A stretch of DNA of 64,000 nt, taken from assembly GCF_037042905.1 (NCBI RefSeq), contig NC_087253.1:992001-1056000 (forward strand), given 5' to 3'. This document shows positions 11,801-26,800 of the stretch, piece after piece. The notes under the pieces were generated by a model. The model searched no databases. It saw only the letters and a list, made by a program, of their open reading frames with translations, and was not told the DNA's origin. Numbering within the stretch: position 1 is the stretch's first letter; each line of letters opens with the position of its first letter. Source of the DNA: Lytechinus pictus. Lineage: Eukaryota. A program made the position numbers and the translations under genes.

Positions 11801-14800
11801 TATTTCTAGAAGTATCTAGGAGTTTGACTAGGAATGGTGTTCGAGAGAAACTGAACTTTTTTCCCCCGGAGTTTGGCCAGAAATAGTTATTAAGAATGGC
11901 TTGATTGTCCATTTAGGAGTGGTGTTTAGGAGATATTTTTCCACAATATAGTGTATAGTAATGGCTTGATTATTTCTTTATCCACAAGTCTTACTTAGAT
12001 TGATGATGTCTTGACGGTTTAAGGATATGTTTCTTTTTTTTGGGACTGTTGTCGCAGAGTAGCTTGACTGTGATGTTTAATAGCATACAGACTGTCTTAA
12101 AGTTTATCAAGGTGTGACTTGATAGTGAGTGATCAAAACTGTAAACCTCCTACATGTATGTTAATTCATCTACACCACCATGCAAATACTTTCTAAATAA
12201 ATGAATTTACTCGGCACATTATCTACTGACCAATCAACATACATGCCATACTTTACAAGAGATTTACATCAAGAAGGAGACTTACCGTTGATGGTACGAC
12301 ATTGGTTTGTAGATTCTCTAGACTAGCAGATCGTCGGCTGGTATTGGAACCAAACATCTCCTCTGTCCTATCTACCATCATGGGATGGTTGAAGTCTCGG
12401 TCTGGACTAACTGGAGATGATCCTTGTGGGACCTGGCGCTGTATGGGGATAAATAATAAAATTAGTCAAACCCCTCAATAATACAAACCCATGTACATTT
12501 CATAATACATACCTCACCAAAGTTAAACAATCACTCATTCCTAAAAAACACAGGCTTCTAACATGTAACTTTCCTAGTACTTCACTGTAAAAACATATAA
12601 ATCACACACTAAGTAGTACTTTTAAAAGGAACTCATACTATTAGTGCTGAGTACTTGGGCCACATATTCCCTGCTCTTTACGGCTCATTTATTTGTGGTT
12701 TGCATTTTTTACGTTTCTATGTGATTTCACGATTTTTGGGGGATACATATGGCAGATAAACTAAAATTGATCCTCAAACTGTGTACAATTAGATTTCATG
12801 AAACAGGTAATTTTCAGAATATGTTAATGGTACTTTTTAGTAACAGTTTGCAGCTATGCTTTAGAGATTACTTTAGGAATTTATTTGTGGTTTGCATCTT
12901 TTTTTATGTTTCTATGTGATTTGGTGCTTTTGGGGGGATACATATGGCAGATGAACTAAAATTGATCCTCAAAGTGGGCATAATTACATTTAATAAAACA
13001 GATAATTTTCAGGCATCTGGTAAATGGTAACAATTAGAAATATCTAGCAAAAAGTTCACAGCTACATGTATGCTTTAGAGATTACTTACACTATCTTTTG
13101 ATGTATCTGTTTCTCCCGTCGCTGAACTAGACGTTGAAAAACTGTCTGTTCTTTGGTTTTCAATGTCAAGGAGCATATCCATGTCAACTGAAATATGAAA
13201 TCAAAGCAGAATTTATCATTTCCAAAATATTTATTTTGTCAGCTCCATAAGGGCATAACATAGCTGAATTCCATACTTTTATTGAGAGATAATTGGCCTT
13301 ATTGAAATATTGTTGTCAAGCAATCATTCTTTATTGTTAATAAGACTTGCATACATCTTTTTTAATATTGTAGCATCAAATGATTACATATTCACACAAA
13401 AATGTTGATTTTTTAATGTGAACGATGTCCAAAACAATAAAAAATAAAAATCATTATATATAAATACATACATGCCTTAGTCAATAACAATGGAAAATTA
13501 ATTTAAAGCCTACAGTCAAATTTTTCTCAAATATTAAACAAGACAAAATAAGAACAAAGTGCAGTCGACACAAGACTTTTATTATTATATCTTTTCAAAT
13601 ATGCATTTAAGTATATTGTGATAAAATGAGTGTGGGTATTTTCACAAGGGGAATCTAACTTTAATGAAAAGGTAATTTTAAACACTAGATTTTTGTAATA
13701 ACAACAAATATCAACTGTATTGAAATCAGATATATCTTGCCATAACAGGGAATTGAACCCTGGAATCACTTATCAATTTCCATTAGACTTGTAGGAAGCA
13801 CAGGCAATAGTAATATATCCCTCAGTTTTTTTAATTGAAAAACATTAAAAAAAAGGAAATAGCAAAAGCTCATTTGACCCTTCAACTTCTAGAGAAAGGA
13901 ACAGATTCTTACCTCTGCCATTAATAGCTGCCATCTCCTGGACATGGTAAAATTTTGATAATCTCTGATTCAAATCTTCTATCGTCTTATCCTGAAATTG
14001 GTGACACATTAAACAAAAACACAACTGTTACTGTTGAAAATTAAAGTTAACATGAATTTTGCACGAATACCACTTCTTTGCAAAAGCTGTAAATATGTAC
14101 ACACAGGAACATGAGAATATTCTGAGGGGGTACATGTACCACAGAAAAGTTTGCAAGATAATAATAGTTGACACTTTGCATGAATAATATCAGATGAGAA
14201 AATAATTCCATTTGATTTGCGCATGGAATCAGGCTTCAGAACGATCTCTGGTATTATGGGCAAGTTCAAAATACTAAGAACCGTGTAGACCAACCTAGGT
14301 ATCACAAAATCAGTCTCAAAATACACACGAGGCAAGAAAGCAAAATCATCAGGAAACAGCAGGTTGATTACCCTATGCATTATTGAATGACTACATGAGA
14401 CATCAAGCGTTATTCAGGTGACACTCAAACAGATAACCATTTAACAAAAATAATATCAGTCATTGATAGATTATTTGACCTTATCAGAATCTAGATCAAA
14501 TTGTGACAAGAGGAATTACAATGGGGGGGGGGGATGAGAAGAAGGGTGTCAAAGTTTGTGATATGATCTCTCTTGTTAACTGCATTTAGGAAAAAACTAA
14601 TACAACAGGTAGACACAGCTACTTATTGATGAAAGTGAAAAAAGGGTTATTTCTTCTTTTTTAAGAGTAGATTCATAATAAAAGAATTTGATCTCACCTT
14701 TTCTTTGTTACCAACAATCAGAGAATCCACAGCAATCTTTAGCTTCTCTTTCTCTACTTCTATATAACAAGAGAAAGAAATGGGAATGTAACTAAAAATG

Positions 14801-17800
14801 GACTTGGCTTGCTGTTAACTCTAGATGGACTGAAAAATACTGAACGTTATTAGACATATCAGTTACATGAGCAATGAACATTATTGGACCAGAATTTATT
14901 TGACTTATAAAAGTTTGGCAGTAAATTCTGGTCCAATAATGTTCATTGTCTAATGATGAGAGTCAACTGGGACACTTGTTGGAGAGGAAAGAAAAGGAGG
15001 AAAGAGGAGAGGAAGAAGGAATAGAACAAGGAAGAAGAGGAGGAGAAAGAAGACGACTACGAGACGGAAGAGAAGGAGGAGAAGATGACAATGATGATGG
15101 CAATGATGGCGACAGTGACAAAGAAGAAGAAGAAAAGAAGGAGAAGAAAAAGGAGAGAAGGAAGATGAAGAAAAAGAAAATGAAGAGGAAGAAGAGAAGG
15201 ACAAGAAAAATAGGAAATGAGAAGAAAGAGGAAGGAGGCGGCATCAATGATGATGAAGACAACAATGAAGAAGTAGGAGGAGACAATAATGAGGAAGAAA
15301 ATAAACTGATATAATAATTATTGTGAATCAAAAGAAACATACCTTCATCAAGAGTTTTAACTTTCTTCGATTGGAGATCATCAAGAAGAGCCTGAAAAAA
15401 AAAACATTAAAATTTCATTTGAAAATTGATATTTATAATGAAAGAATCATTAACAACTAAATTCATGAAGACTTCTCAACAATAGCCAACAAGAAGTTAA
15501 CTTGTTTACTAATGAATTCTGTATTTCTCAACTGTATTTTATTATAGTTACAATCTGAATAATGTAAACAAAAGTTACTAATAGCAGATGTTTCTTTACC
15601 TATGGTGGTTAGCTTTTTTATATATAAACTTAATTCTTTTAAAAGAAAAAATTAGAAATTAGTTTCTACCCAATGAAGACATAAAATTTTTCGAGAAAAG
15701 GGAAATGCTTTTAAAAATCATCCATAATCATTTTCATACAACTGTCTGTTATTTTGAATACAATAATAGGTAAAATCATCATGAAAGTATTTTCAACAAT
15801 TAAATCAGAGACTCTTAATGATTTTCTACCAAAAATATATGCATAAACTTTGCTGAAAATTACATTTCAAAGAAAATAAACTGTTCCTCATTTCAATATA
15901 TACTTCCCAATCTCAAAAAAGAATAAATTTTCAAACAAAAGCCCCTCATATAAAAATACTAAATATCTATTAGGGATAGAAATATCCTAAATTCTCTAAC
16001 AATTAAAATCATTTTCAAAGAATCAAATCAGAACTAATTGAAAACCAGCAAGAGATCAACCATGCAAAACAAGAAAATCAAAGTTATGAATAGAGGTAAG
16101 GGGTATTAAATGGAAAAACAGAAATGGCCAATAATTGGATTAAAGAATTGTTTTAAAAAGGTTACCAAATCATAGCTGGGTGGCATAAAATGAATATTGT
16201 CCTTTGAGAAAACATTAAAATAAATTCTGAAAAGGAAAACAATAAAAAAAAAACATACTGGCATACTTGTAATGAAAAGAAATGGTGCATTCAAAAGATT
16301 GAAATTCAATAAGAGGAAATTTGTTGGAGAGAGGAAAACATAATCCTAAATCACAATATATAGCCATAAGTCGTAAGTGGTATGTGATAGGAACGTACTA
16401 ACTGGTACATGTTAGACACATACCGTACCCAGTACCAGCCTGCTTTAACCCCATGTGACAAGACGACAACAAGATAATGTGTTCTAAGCAGTTGTTTCAA
16501 CAATGCCTTTCAGGTGTTTCAACAATACAGACATTTTCATTTGGAGACAGTTTCTCGGAGCAACAAAATAAAGTCAGATTCCAACTCTTAATGATGCATT
16601 AAATGATTATACAAAATATGTTCATTATTATACATTTTTTTTAATGAGTGAGCTCTAAAATAGCACAAATTGTTGGAAAAAACATTCTTCCAAGCATTAA
16701 ACCTAAAGTGCTCAGTCATGTATTGTGGTTCTCTGGTCAGCATTTCCATTATAAACAATGAAAAACAATCTTCAATTCCGTATGACTAATTAATTTCTGC
16801 ATTTCTTTTTTTTCTCTTCTAAATTTGAACCTATGCCAACAGCACTGATTGTCTCATGAAAAGGAAAATGAGCTTTTAGGGTTTTGATAAGAAATCAAAG
16901 AAACATGTAAATTACATCCTGTATTATAATAATGTAAAATATGCTACATACATATTTTGTAACAATAAGTATCAATGCATGTATAAACATCAAAGATGAA
17001 AAAAGAAACAATTTTCATTCCAGACAACTTTCTATGATTAATACCAGAAGCCATAGGAGAAGCCTAATCAGTCAGGAATACCTACACAGAATGCAGTTAG
17101 TGGGACTATCATACACAGTTTATATTAGTAGACACAAACTTGAAGGGAATACATGTATTTCAAATGTGCAAGAAATAAAATCTTTGCATTTCCAACATTG
17201 TAATGCATATATTTCTTTGCATAACATTACTAAGTTTCATTACAATAAACAGTAAAATGCAGCTTTCTATTAAGTGTTGTTAATTATCTACATTAACGTT
17301 ATGAGTTTCTAAATAAAACATTGTGAATTCACTTACTCTTATAAGCAATAAATAATGCAATTAGTTTGATTTTCTATTGACACTTTAGTTTGGAAAACAG
17401 ATCAACAGCTTGAGGATCGTTTCATGAAAATATTTTTTTCGTGATTTTCACTAACAGATGTGATAAGCTACTGCAATCCTTGAATCTGATTGGCTCAGAG
17501 CAACTTAGTTGGTGAAAATCATTGAAAACTTTTCATGAAACACTCCCCAAATTTGTTTCTTAAAGCACTGGATGTTTGGTTTTCATCATTCTAACAAATC
17601 TAATCTCAATCATTGATATATAGGAAACATGTCAACGTCATAATTCTTATTTATTGTAACTATCTTTAGGTTACACAATTCAGCAAAAATAACATCCTAA
17701 ATCCTACAAGTGCATTTTAAAATTCCAAATCACCAATATTCTTCTAATAGCAGAACTGCAGGTATTCAGTTTGGCTTCTCCATCTACCAAACTACATGTA

Positions 17801-20800
17801 AAGCTCAAATAATTTCCAATATTCTTGTTTTCTAACAATCTTTTCATTGACTATTTGATGTCGGTTCTAGAGATGTTTGTGACACTTACTGGGCGTGAAG
17901 GCATATGAAAGAACAGTCGTTTTTGTTTCCGAGGTTTCTTCTAAAATGAGTAATAATTAATTTGGGGTCATAACAAAAGATAATTGTAGTTTGTACAGGA
18001 TTTGATACATACAAACAATAGAAAAGAACAAACTAAATGCAAAGTTTTGAACCAAATAAAACAAAATAGATGACAAAAAACTGAAGTTTGATTCCAGAAG
18101 TGTAAGAAATAAAAACAAATCAAATGAAACAGATGAAGAAAAAAATCAATACTAACTTAGGAACAAAATAATTGATTCCATTTCCCAAAAAAATCTAAGA
18201 ATGACAGATATGTGACTGAAGTATGTAGCCAAAAATCTGTATATTTTGACTGCAGTAATGTACATGTGCATTGTACATTGTACATATTCAACCCCTGCCC
18301 ATATCTTCAGTGATTTGGTTAAAAATAAATATACAGAGGATAAGATGGGTAATTCATATATGATGCAGAAAGTAATGACAGTTTTTATCCCATAATTCAA
18401 AATGCAATAATACCTGTTTCATAAAGGACTTACAACTGTTGTAACTTTGCCATTATGGCAACTACCATGGTAACAGGGCTCAGCAGCCAATCAAAATCAA
18501 GGTTTCCATGGAAATTGCAGTAATGGCAAAGTTATCATTGTTGTAACTTTTTATTAAATGGGCCCCGTATCTTTAAACTAAATCAAAAAAAATGTTTGTG
18601 TATTCATTGTATGTAATGACATGAAAAGGGCCTTCACCATATAGGTAATACAGAAGATAAAAGATAAAAACTGTCAGCTTTCTCCATCATATGTGAACAG
18701 ACCTCAAGAAAATGTTTGATTCATTCAATAGAGTTAAGAGGGTGAGTGATAAACACTGCATTCCAAGGTGCGTACATTCCGAAGTAAGAACGTGACACAA
18801 GAGGGCGCACTCACATGGCTGTAGCGCAGACGAGCCTTAAGCTCTGCTGTCTCCGTCTGTGACCTAACTAGCTTGACCTACCAGGAAGGGGCAGGAATTG
18901 TGGGTAATAATATTGCTTCATGTTATCAAAACTACATGTTATCATTAGGGCAGGAGTCTTGAGTCTCAAATTATCAGATACATGTATATTTTGTGATATT
19001 TTATATTCACTGCACTTTGACGAGACGGATTAAAAAGGGCAAAATTTCAATTGCTCTGAAATTACAAAGAGTATAATTTTGAACAAAAACATTTATTTAG
19101 AAGTTCTTTAATACTGGTTAACTATCTTGGATCTATTCTGTAAAAGGAGATTTACCATCTTCATCCACAATCAATTGGGCAAAGCAAGTTTTTCTGAGTA
19201 TTTCATTTCATGTCTATTTCGAACAATATGGATTTTCATTTTCTTTTTTTTTTTCATCAAAAATAATGTGCCTTTTATTTTCCTCATAAGCACTATTTAT
19301 CTGATCAATGATATTTGAACACTATTCTTGTGTTCCTGTATGATATTGATCAATTTATTCAATGTAGTCTTGATTGCTGGAATATCAAACAATAAATAAT
19401 AATAATACTAATACAGTAATAATAATGATAATAATAACAATAGTAATAATAATACAGTAATAATAATAAAAAATAATAACACTAATAATAATAATAGTAA
19501 TAATAATAATACAGTAATAATTAAAGAGTTTTTTTGATAAAATACCTGTGTTTCCATATATTTCTCCTGCCATTTATGACATTCTGATTGAAGGTCTCCC
19601 ACAGTTTTCTGGAAGAAAAATGAACAAAAATCATATCTAATAATAATACAACTAATATCATAATTGTTACCATCATCATCATCTTTATTATTTGTTTGGC
19701 TCAACCCATGCATGGGAGGCCAAAGATAAATTGTATCACTGCAGGTCTGCAGGTCTCTCCTCCCAATATGTAACTGATTGTATGACTGTTGCTCTCAGGT
19801 TTCCCCCTATGTGAATAAGGTTCTTAAAATGCAAAGCTGATCATATTTGATCTAAACTTTGAGCTCTAAAGATTAACAAGTAATACCGTAAGTAATGGTC
19901 TATTAACCGCACCTTTTTCTCGGCGGGATAGAAGCAAAAGTCGGGGGTGCGGTTTATCCACGTGACAGGTCTGAGCCAGCCCGTCGTAACCCCTCCCGAA
20001 CATGTAAGACGTCTGCCAGTTCACAACACATCGAGTGGCCGGGCGTAGCCGCCCAGGGCAATGTTGTTTAGAGGGGTATGAGCCGCGGGTAATGGGAAGC
20101 GATTATTACGATCTTAATCAAATATTGTCCATAACAAACCCATTCACCTTCATGACACTAATTTCGACTTTATTCTCGATTCAAAGCAGCAAAGTTCCCT
20201 GGCTAAGTTCAAAGAGACGCCAAGCATACTCGGTAATATTTTGTCACAGCTGAGAGAGAGTTGAGTGAGCTGAGAGCTTGCGTTGTATTGTGGTTATAGT
20301 GCGACTTAAGCTGGCCCTATTCATTTTAAAGGAGAATTAAACTCTTGGAGCAAGTTAGCTTTTGTGAAAGCAGAAAAATCAAAGAATAAGATCAACAAAA
20401 GTTTGAGTAAAATAGGACTAGCAATAGAAGAGTTATGAGCATTTGAATGTCGAGGTCACTAATGCTATGGAGATCCTCCCATTGGCAATGCGACCAAGAT
20501 CTATGATGTCACAGATGAACAACTCTCCCCTTTTGGACACTGAAAATATACCCTAAAATATCTCTTTTTGCTCATTCTAATCATACGACAAACGATTCAT
20601 CAATGATATAATGTTGTGAAACCTCTGTAATTGTCCTCTCATAAAGAGAACACCTTACCTTGTGATAGACTCTATAAAAGAGAGAATATAAGTGAAATAA
20701 GTACTAAAGTAATGAGGGAGTTGTACGTGTGTGACATCACAGATCTTGGTCGCATTACCAATGGGAGGAACTACATGGCATTAGTGATCTCAATATTCAA

Positions 20801-23800
20801 ATGCTCATAACTTTCTTATTATTCATTCAATCTTCCTCAAACTTTCAACAATATGTGTCTTTGATTTTTCTCTTTGATATGGATTCAGCTGGTTTCAAGG
20901 GTTTCATTCTCCTTTAACCCCTCCCCTCCAAAGTCCCTTACCATTTCGCGCCAGCTTATTTTTTCTTTCCCATTTGCTTTTCATGAGATACCATGTACAC
21001 CACGCATGAGAGAGATGGCACGAAGCCATAAAAACAACTGGAAAAAATGCCAATTTCTTTGTTTCTTGAACCTTCCTGTAATCCCGTATCCAAAATTCAT
21101 GCTAAGACATCGAATGCTAGACAAATTCTGAAGGTGATTGTAAGGTTGTGATGCAAGAAATGTGAATGTTTCTTCCTCCTACGCCGGGAAAGACACAGTT
21201 CATAATTTGATAAGATGTACTGCCTGGTACCGTATCGTAGTTTGCAATGTACAAGAACGGCAATGCTGTGTGTGTACACTGTGACTGTGAGGTGAGTGAG
21301 TGTGTAAGTGACCAATATTTTCTTGCTAACATTTGTAGATGAATTGATCAAGAACAGCAGATTTTTGCATACCAGTAATCTCTTTGGATACTTTGAAATC
21401 TTTAACTTAATTTTTGTTTCTTCGTACAGTGTACCTCAAATATACATGTACCGGTAAATGTGAGAAGGATTTTTTATTTTTTATTTATTTTTTTAGTCCA
21501 AAGTTGGGGGTGCGGTTAATCCACGCGTGCGGTTTATAGTCCGTTACTTACGGGTATTTAAAATTAATTGTAAAATTGTGGACATGGTTTTGAAAAGATT
21601 AACAGTTATCATCAATTGTAAAATTCATATTTAAAATCAATTGTACATACATGTATAATGTTAGAAGAGGTCTATATATGATAACGTTAGTTTCATTCTA
21701 GAATGCTTGAGAACCTCTAGGCAGCGCAGCTAAACACGGGGTAGACAGGAATAACCGTCGTTTCTGGGGATTTTTTAAACAATTTCTGACATTTTACTAT
21801 AATCCCCATTCACCGACGATAGTGTGTTTGTGCGAACCTGCATGTGTAATCACGTCGCCCATTTCGGGCCTATGGTGTTTTGTCTAGATCTTAATTTTAA
21901 AGGATCGAGGATGACTATGTTTTGATCTTCATTTGAAAGGAATTTGCGGTAAATGCGGTCTAAGGTACGATATTTCTGAATTTTATACATTTTTTTTGGT
22001 AAATTCCGAAGTAATTTCTTTTTTATAATGTGACATTTTATGTACAAAAAAAAAATCCGAAAATCAGGTTTCCGCCGAATGTTAGATCTAACGTTACTGC
22101 TAATACGTTGTCTTTACGTACGGGCCAACAACTCTTCAGTCTATAAATTGGTGAGTGGAGCCAACACAGTTCAGCGGAACAACCAAAATNNNNNNNNNNN
22201 NNNNNNNNNNNNNNNNNNNNNNNNNNNNNNNNNNNNNNNNNNNNNNNNNNNNNNNNNNNNNNNNNNNNNNNNNNNNNNNNNNNNNNNNNNNNNNNNNNNN
22301 NNNNNNNNNNNNNNNNNNNNNNNNNNNNNNNNNNNNNNNNNNNNNNNNNNNNGGGCCCCTGATCATTATAAATCAATTTTACAATCAATACCTAGGTGTT
22401 GGTCTGCACACACCCCCTATAATACTAACCTGACTTTGCTGATATTTTGACATTAACTTGTTCATCTCTTGTTGCTGCTCTTCAATCTTAGACTGTGAAA
22501 GATAATAAGAAATAAACAAGTTCAGATGTTATAACAGCTCTGAACCATAGCTCTCTATTGTGCACATTACCAGTAGCAGACCTGCCAACCTCTGGGAATG
22601 AAAAACTGTATTCTGTGATACAAAAAAATGTATTTTCCCCCAAAAAAGTGTATTTCATAATAAAATGCTTGGCGCACTCGCCCATCACGGCGCTCAAGCT
22701 GCATGCAAGCTAAAATGCGCACTGCTCTTGCAGATGAAAAAAAAACCCATTGAAACTTGTGTATATCTCACCCTGGTTTTTACAAAATGATTGGAAAAAA
22801 AAAACAAGTTACCTGAAATTACATTGATCTAATAACCATATTTGTGTACGTTTTATGAAATAGAGACATATAGAGATGATTTTTCTTAATAAATTACGAT
22901 TTAAAAAAAAAAAAAAAACGTATTTTTTAAAGAAAAAACGTACTGCCGTATTTTGGTTGCAAAAACGTACTAAATACGGCTAAAACGTACTGGTTGGCAG
23001 GTCTGCAGTAGGGCACACCCCACATTTTGGATTAGACTACATTTTTGCCCCAAACATTTTATATTTTAAGAAAATGGCCCCAACTGATTCTTGGTCCAAA
23101 TCTAATATCTGAAGTAACAAAAAAAAAAATTCTTGAAAGAAGTAGAGAAACCTGACCCTATAATGAAATCATTGGCATGAGTAAAAGACTTACTATGGAT
23201 ATTTTACTCTTTAGATCAGCTAGAGACATTGTTTTTTCTTGAGTTGAAACCATATGACATGATGAGCAATGGAATCATGAGTGCAATAGTTTGTCTACAT
23301 CCCAGTCTAAAGAGTAGTTTGACCCTGCCACATTTTAGTGTGTGTTAGTGAGAGCATTATACTGAACTACACTATATTCCACTGAAGCATTTAGATTAAA
23401 TACAGTTTATTGCTAGCCTTGTTGGGACACGGTCAAAACATGATGCACATATACTAGTTTTCCTTTTGGTCCTTGTCAGGTATTGAATTCAATAAATTTA
23501 GATCTACAATAATATCCCTGAAATGCAATTAATATCTCAGTCAAACCTGTTTTAGTGGTCATCTCTCTATAGCAGACACCTGTCTATAGTGAACACTAAC
23601 TAAACCCCGCTGAGGTATATTATGTGTACCGGTATAAGAACCTGTATATACAGGCCATGTATTGTGTCAGTACAGACAGGTTTCACTGTATTTGAAGGAA
23701 TAATGTCATATGGCCTTTCTTAAATTTCTCTTCTCTTGCCCTTTTCTTTTAATAATAATGCAGAGAATTTGTATAGCGAGATGCTCATGGCACTTGAGGT

Positions 23801-26800
23801 ATTTTTTACATGCTTTTTTATGGAAGGGTAAAAAAACAACCAAAACAATACGTGGTATCAAAGTAGCACATACACTATTCAGAATAGGCATACAGCATAC
23901 AGTACTGACACAGTTTATTGCATAGCGCCATCTCTTGGTCAGGTTTCAACAGTGTATACACCAATACCAATTTATTCAAATTGTATGCATGATTCCCAAC
24001 AGTTTGTTCTGGATGACCTGTAAGCTTGATATGGGTTTATCAATAACCAATGTACAGATTTTGATCCATCAGATTTACGTTCGACTAACAAAAACACCCA
24101 TTCTTCCTGGAAAGAAACATGATAAAAAAAAACCTTATAAGGGAAATCTCATCCAAATGATTTTTTTTTTAACAAATGAAATTAAATCAGATAGTTAAGC
24201 CCCCATCACACTTATTCGGAATCAGCAGGAATCAAGCAGAAGCTTGAACGAAAATAATATTTAAAAAATCTAGAAATTTTTTGGAGGAACTTATTAATTC
24301 ACCAAACTGGAGTTGAAATTCAGTAAATTGACCAGGTGAATCATCATACACTAGTCAAAATGAACCGCAACGGAGTCAGATTGATAATTCGTGCTACATT
24401 CTTGGACATTCTAAATATTCTGTTTGCATTCTGAGTGTATTCAAAATATTTTTGTCATTTCTTTTGGCCGTCCCAAAGGTTTTGGTCATGTTCAAAACAT
24501 TCGGGGGGTATTTTCGAACGGTGTTCGAAGTAGATTTAAATAACCAAATGGTGGTCGAACAATAGTGCTTTCATTTCGGCCAATTCTGCTTGATTCGGAA
24601 TAAGTGATGGGGGCTTTAGATGGAAATTGTGAGAAAAAAAGATTCTGAGAAATTGATAAAGTTACGAATGAGTGTATGAATGTAAGAATAGCCCAAGCCC
24701 ATGACAGTTAAATTTGAGAATATCAAGAAAAACAAAATGATCTTTGCCTAAATGTATGTGCAATGTCCCATGTTTAACTTGATTCGGCCTAGAAATAGAC
24801 TTGGGTCCTCCTTATATTCAATCGTTAAAGAGTTTTTAAAAATTTAAAATCTCTATAGCTGTAAACATTTTCAAATTAGCCACATAAGTGAAATATGCAA
24901 AATGACTAAAATGTATTCTTATACAATTTTTTTTGCAATGCTATTTACCTCAGCCATAATAGCACGCTCTCTGACAACAAGAGTTTCATTCTCTACTGAG
25001 TCTAGTCTAGCTTTCAGCTTAGAAGCTTCTACTGCATAATTCTGCTGGCTCTGCTCCAATTCACAGTGGATTTCAGACTCCTATAAAGAAGGAAAAAAAA
25101 ATATTAGAATAAAATAGTATAATTTCCTTCTGATTCTAGTCCAGCTTTCAGCTTACTATGTTATTATGGTGATGAATGTGGATTTTTTTTACCTGATTGC
25201 TAAGAAAGCATGAATGCTTGTAAGCAACCAGAGGACTGATGGATAAATGTTCTCTCCGAGGGACCTGGTAATGAGGATGAATGCCTTACCAAAGGGCACT
25301 AGCGCACCAAGTGGGAAACGAACCAAGGTCACCGGGATCCGAAATCCCCGTTCTACCGACTGAGCTATTGCGCCTCTATTCAGTATTCTGTTTGTTTGAT
25401 AAAAATCAAAGCAAAGCAGGTGGCTTGATGTAAAAAAAGCGAAGTACAAACATAATTAGCTTTAGATCTCATCTTTCATGAAGTATTTATATTTTTCATA
25501 TTTTATGCCAATGATTCAAACTTTGATAACTAGTACTTTCAGATTAAAACTTTTTGAATTTTAATTTTGAATTTGTTTTCCCCCCAAGAACTCTCGACAA
25601 ACTGCCAGAGTAGGACGACATACAATACCTGTAGTAACTTAGTCTCTGAATCTGCCAACTCTTTACTTTTCTTTGCACAGGCGTACTCTAGTTCTTGTAT
25701 CTTCTCATTCTGAGCTTCTATCTGATCTGTCAAGACATTCACCTGAAAAAAAATAAAACAAAAACCCTAAACAAACAATAGAAAATAACGGGCAACTCTT
25801 ATAGTGAATGCTACTACACATAACCACAGTATGGAATGAGATTACATTTTTAAAGTCACTTGTAACCAATAACCACTTAATAATTATATTTTAAACAGTG
25901 TTCTTATGAGGTTCTCTTTTATTGGTATTGACAATGGCTTCTTCTATTGGGGCTATCTTAGATATTTCCGACGCAAATTCACAAATAACAAATCAATTTT
26001 AACTTAGGCAAATCAATTTATACTTGGTGATTGATTTTAGAACCTAAATNNNNNNNNNNNNNNNNNNNNNNNNNNNNNNNNNNNNNNNNNNNNNNNNNNN
26101 NNNNNNNNNNNNNNNNNNNNNNNNNNNNNNNNNNNNNNNNNNNNNNNNNNNNNNNNNNNNNNNNNNNNNNNNNNNNNNNNNNNNNNNNNNNNNNNNNNNN
26201 NNNNNNNNNNNNNNNNNNNNNNNNNNNAACAAACTGTACAGAGAGTCTACCTGTAGTTGCAGACTGTCTTTATCTCCTTCTAATCTCTTCATCTTTTCAT
26301 TAGACCCTGGACTCGTTGCAAGCTCCTAAGATAAAAACAAAAAGAGAGAACAATGATATTTACTGACAAATTACCAATGTTATTTTCTTAACTAGTAACC
26401 ATTTTAAACCATCATATATATGTAGAGTGGACTTCTCTCTCTGTATAAAAATAAGATAAAAACTTAATACTTCATAGAAAAGCACTCAATCACCATAGAA
26501 ACTTACACAGTACATCACCATTTCTTTTTACCGAAACTGTCACTTTATTGTAAGAAAGTCACGTACAAGAGTGTAGAGTGTGTATTCAAACATGTAGGTG
26601 TAAATTATGGATATTTTGTGATAATAAACATAAACATTGTGCAGTAAAGACTCTCCTGATATATACATGTAGTATAAATTCTCCTACAAACACAAACAAA
26701 ATATAAACGTCACAAAATCAGGTTTCAAGACAGCAATCTTGATAAGACTGCCTGTAATTCATATATTTTATCTTTTTGTTGTGTTCAGGGGCATTACCAG

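Noticed and set aside
14946-15340. E/K-rich and S/F-rich ORFs
   Set aside because: Products of a GAA/GAG simple repeat in an intron
22038-22450. ORFs spanning N runs (also 26031-26303)
   Set aside because: Artefacts of assembly gaps, apart from the real exon 3 portion
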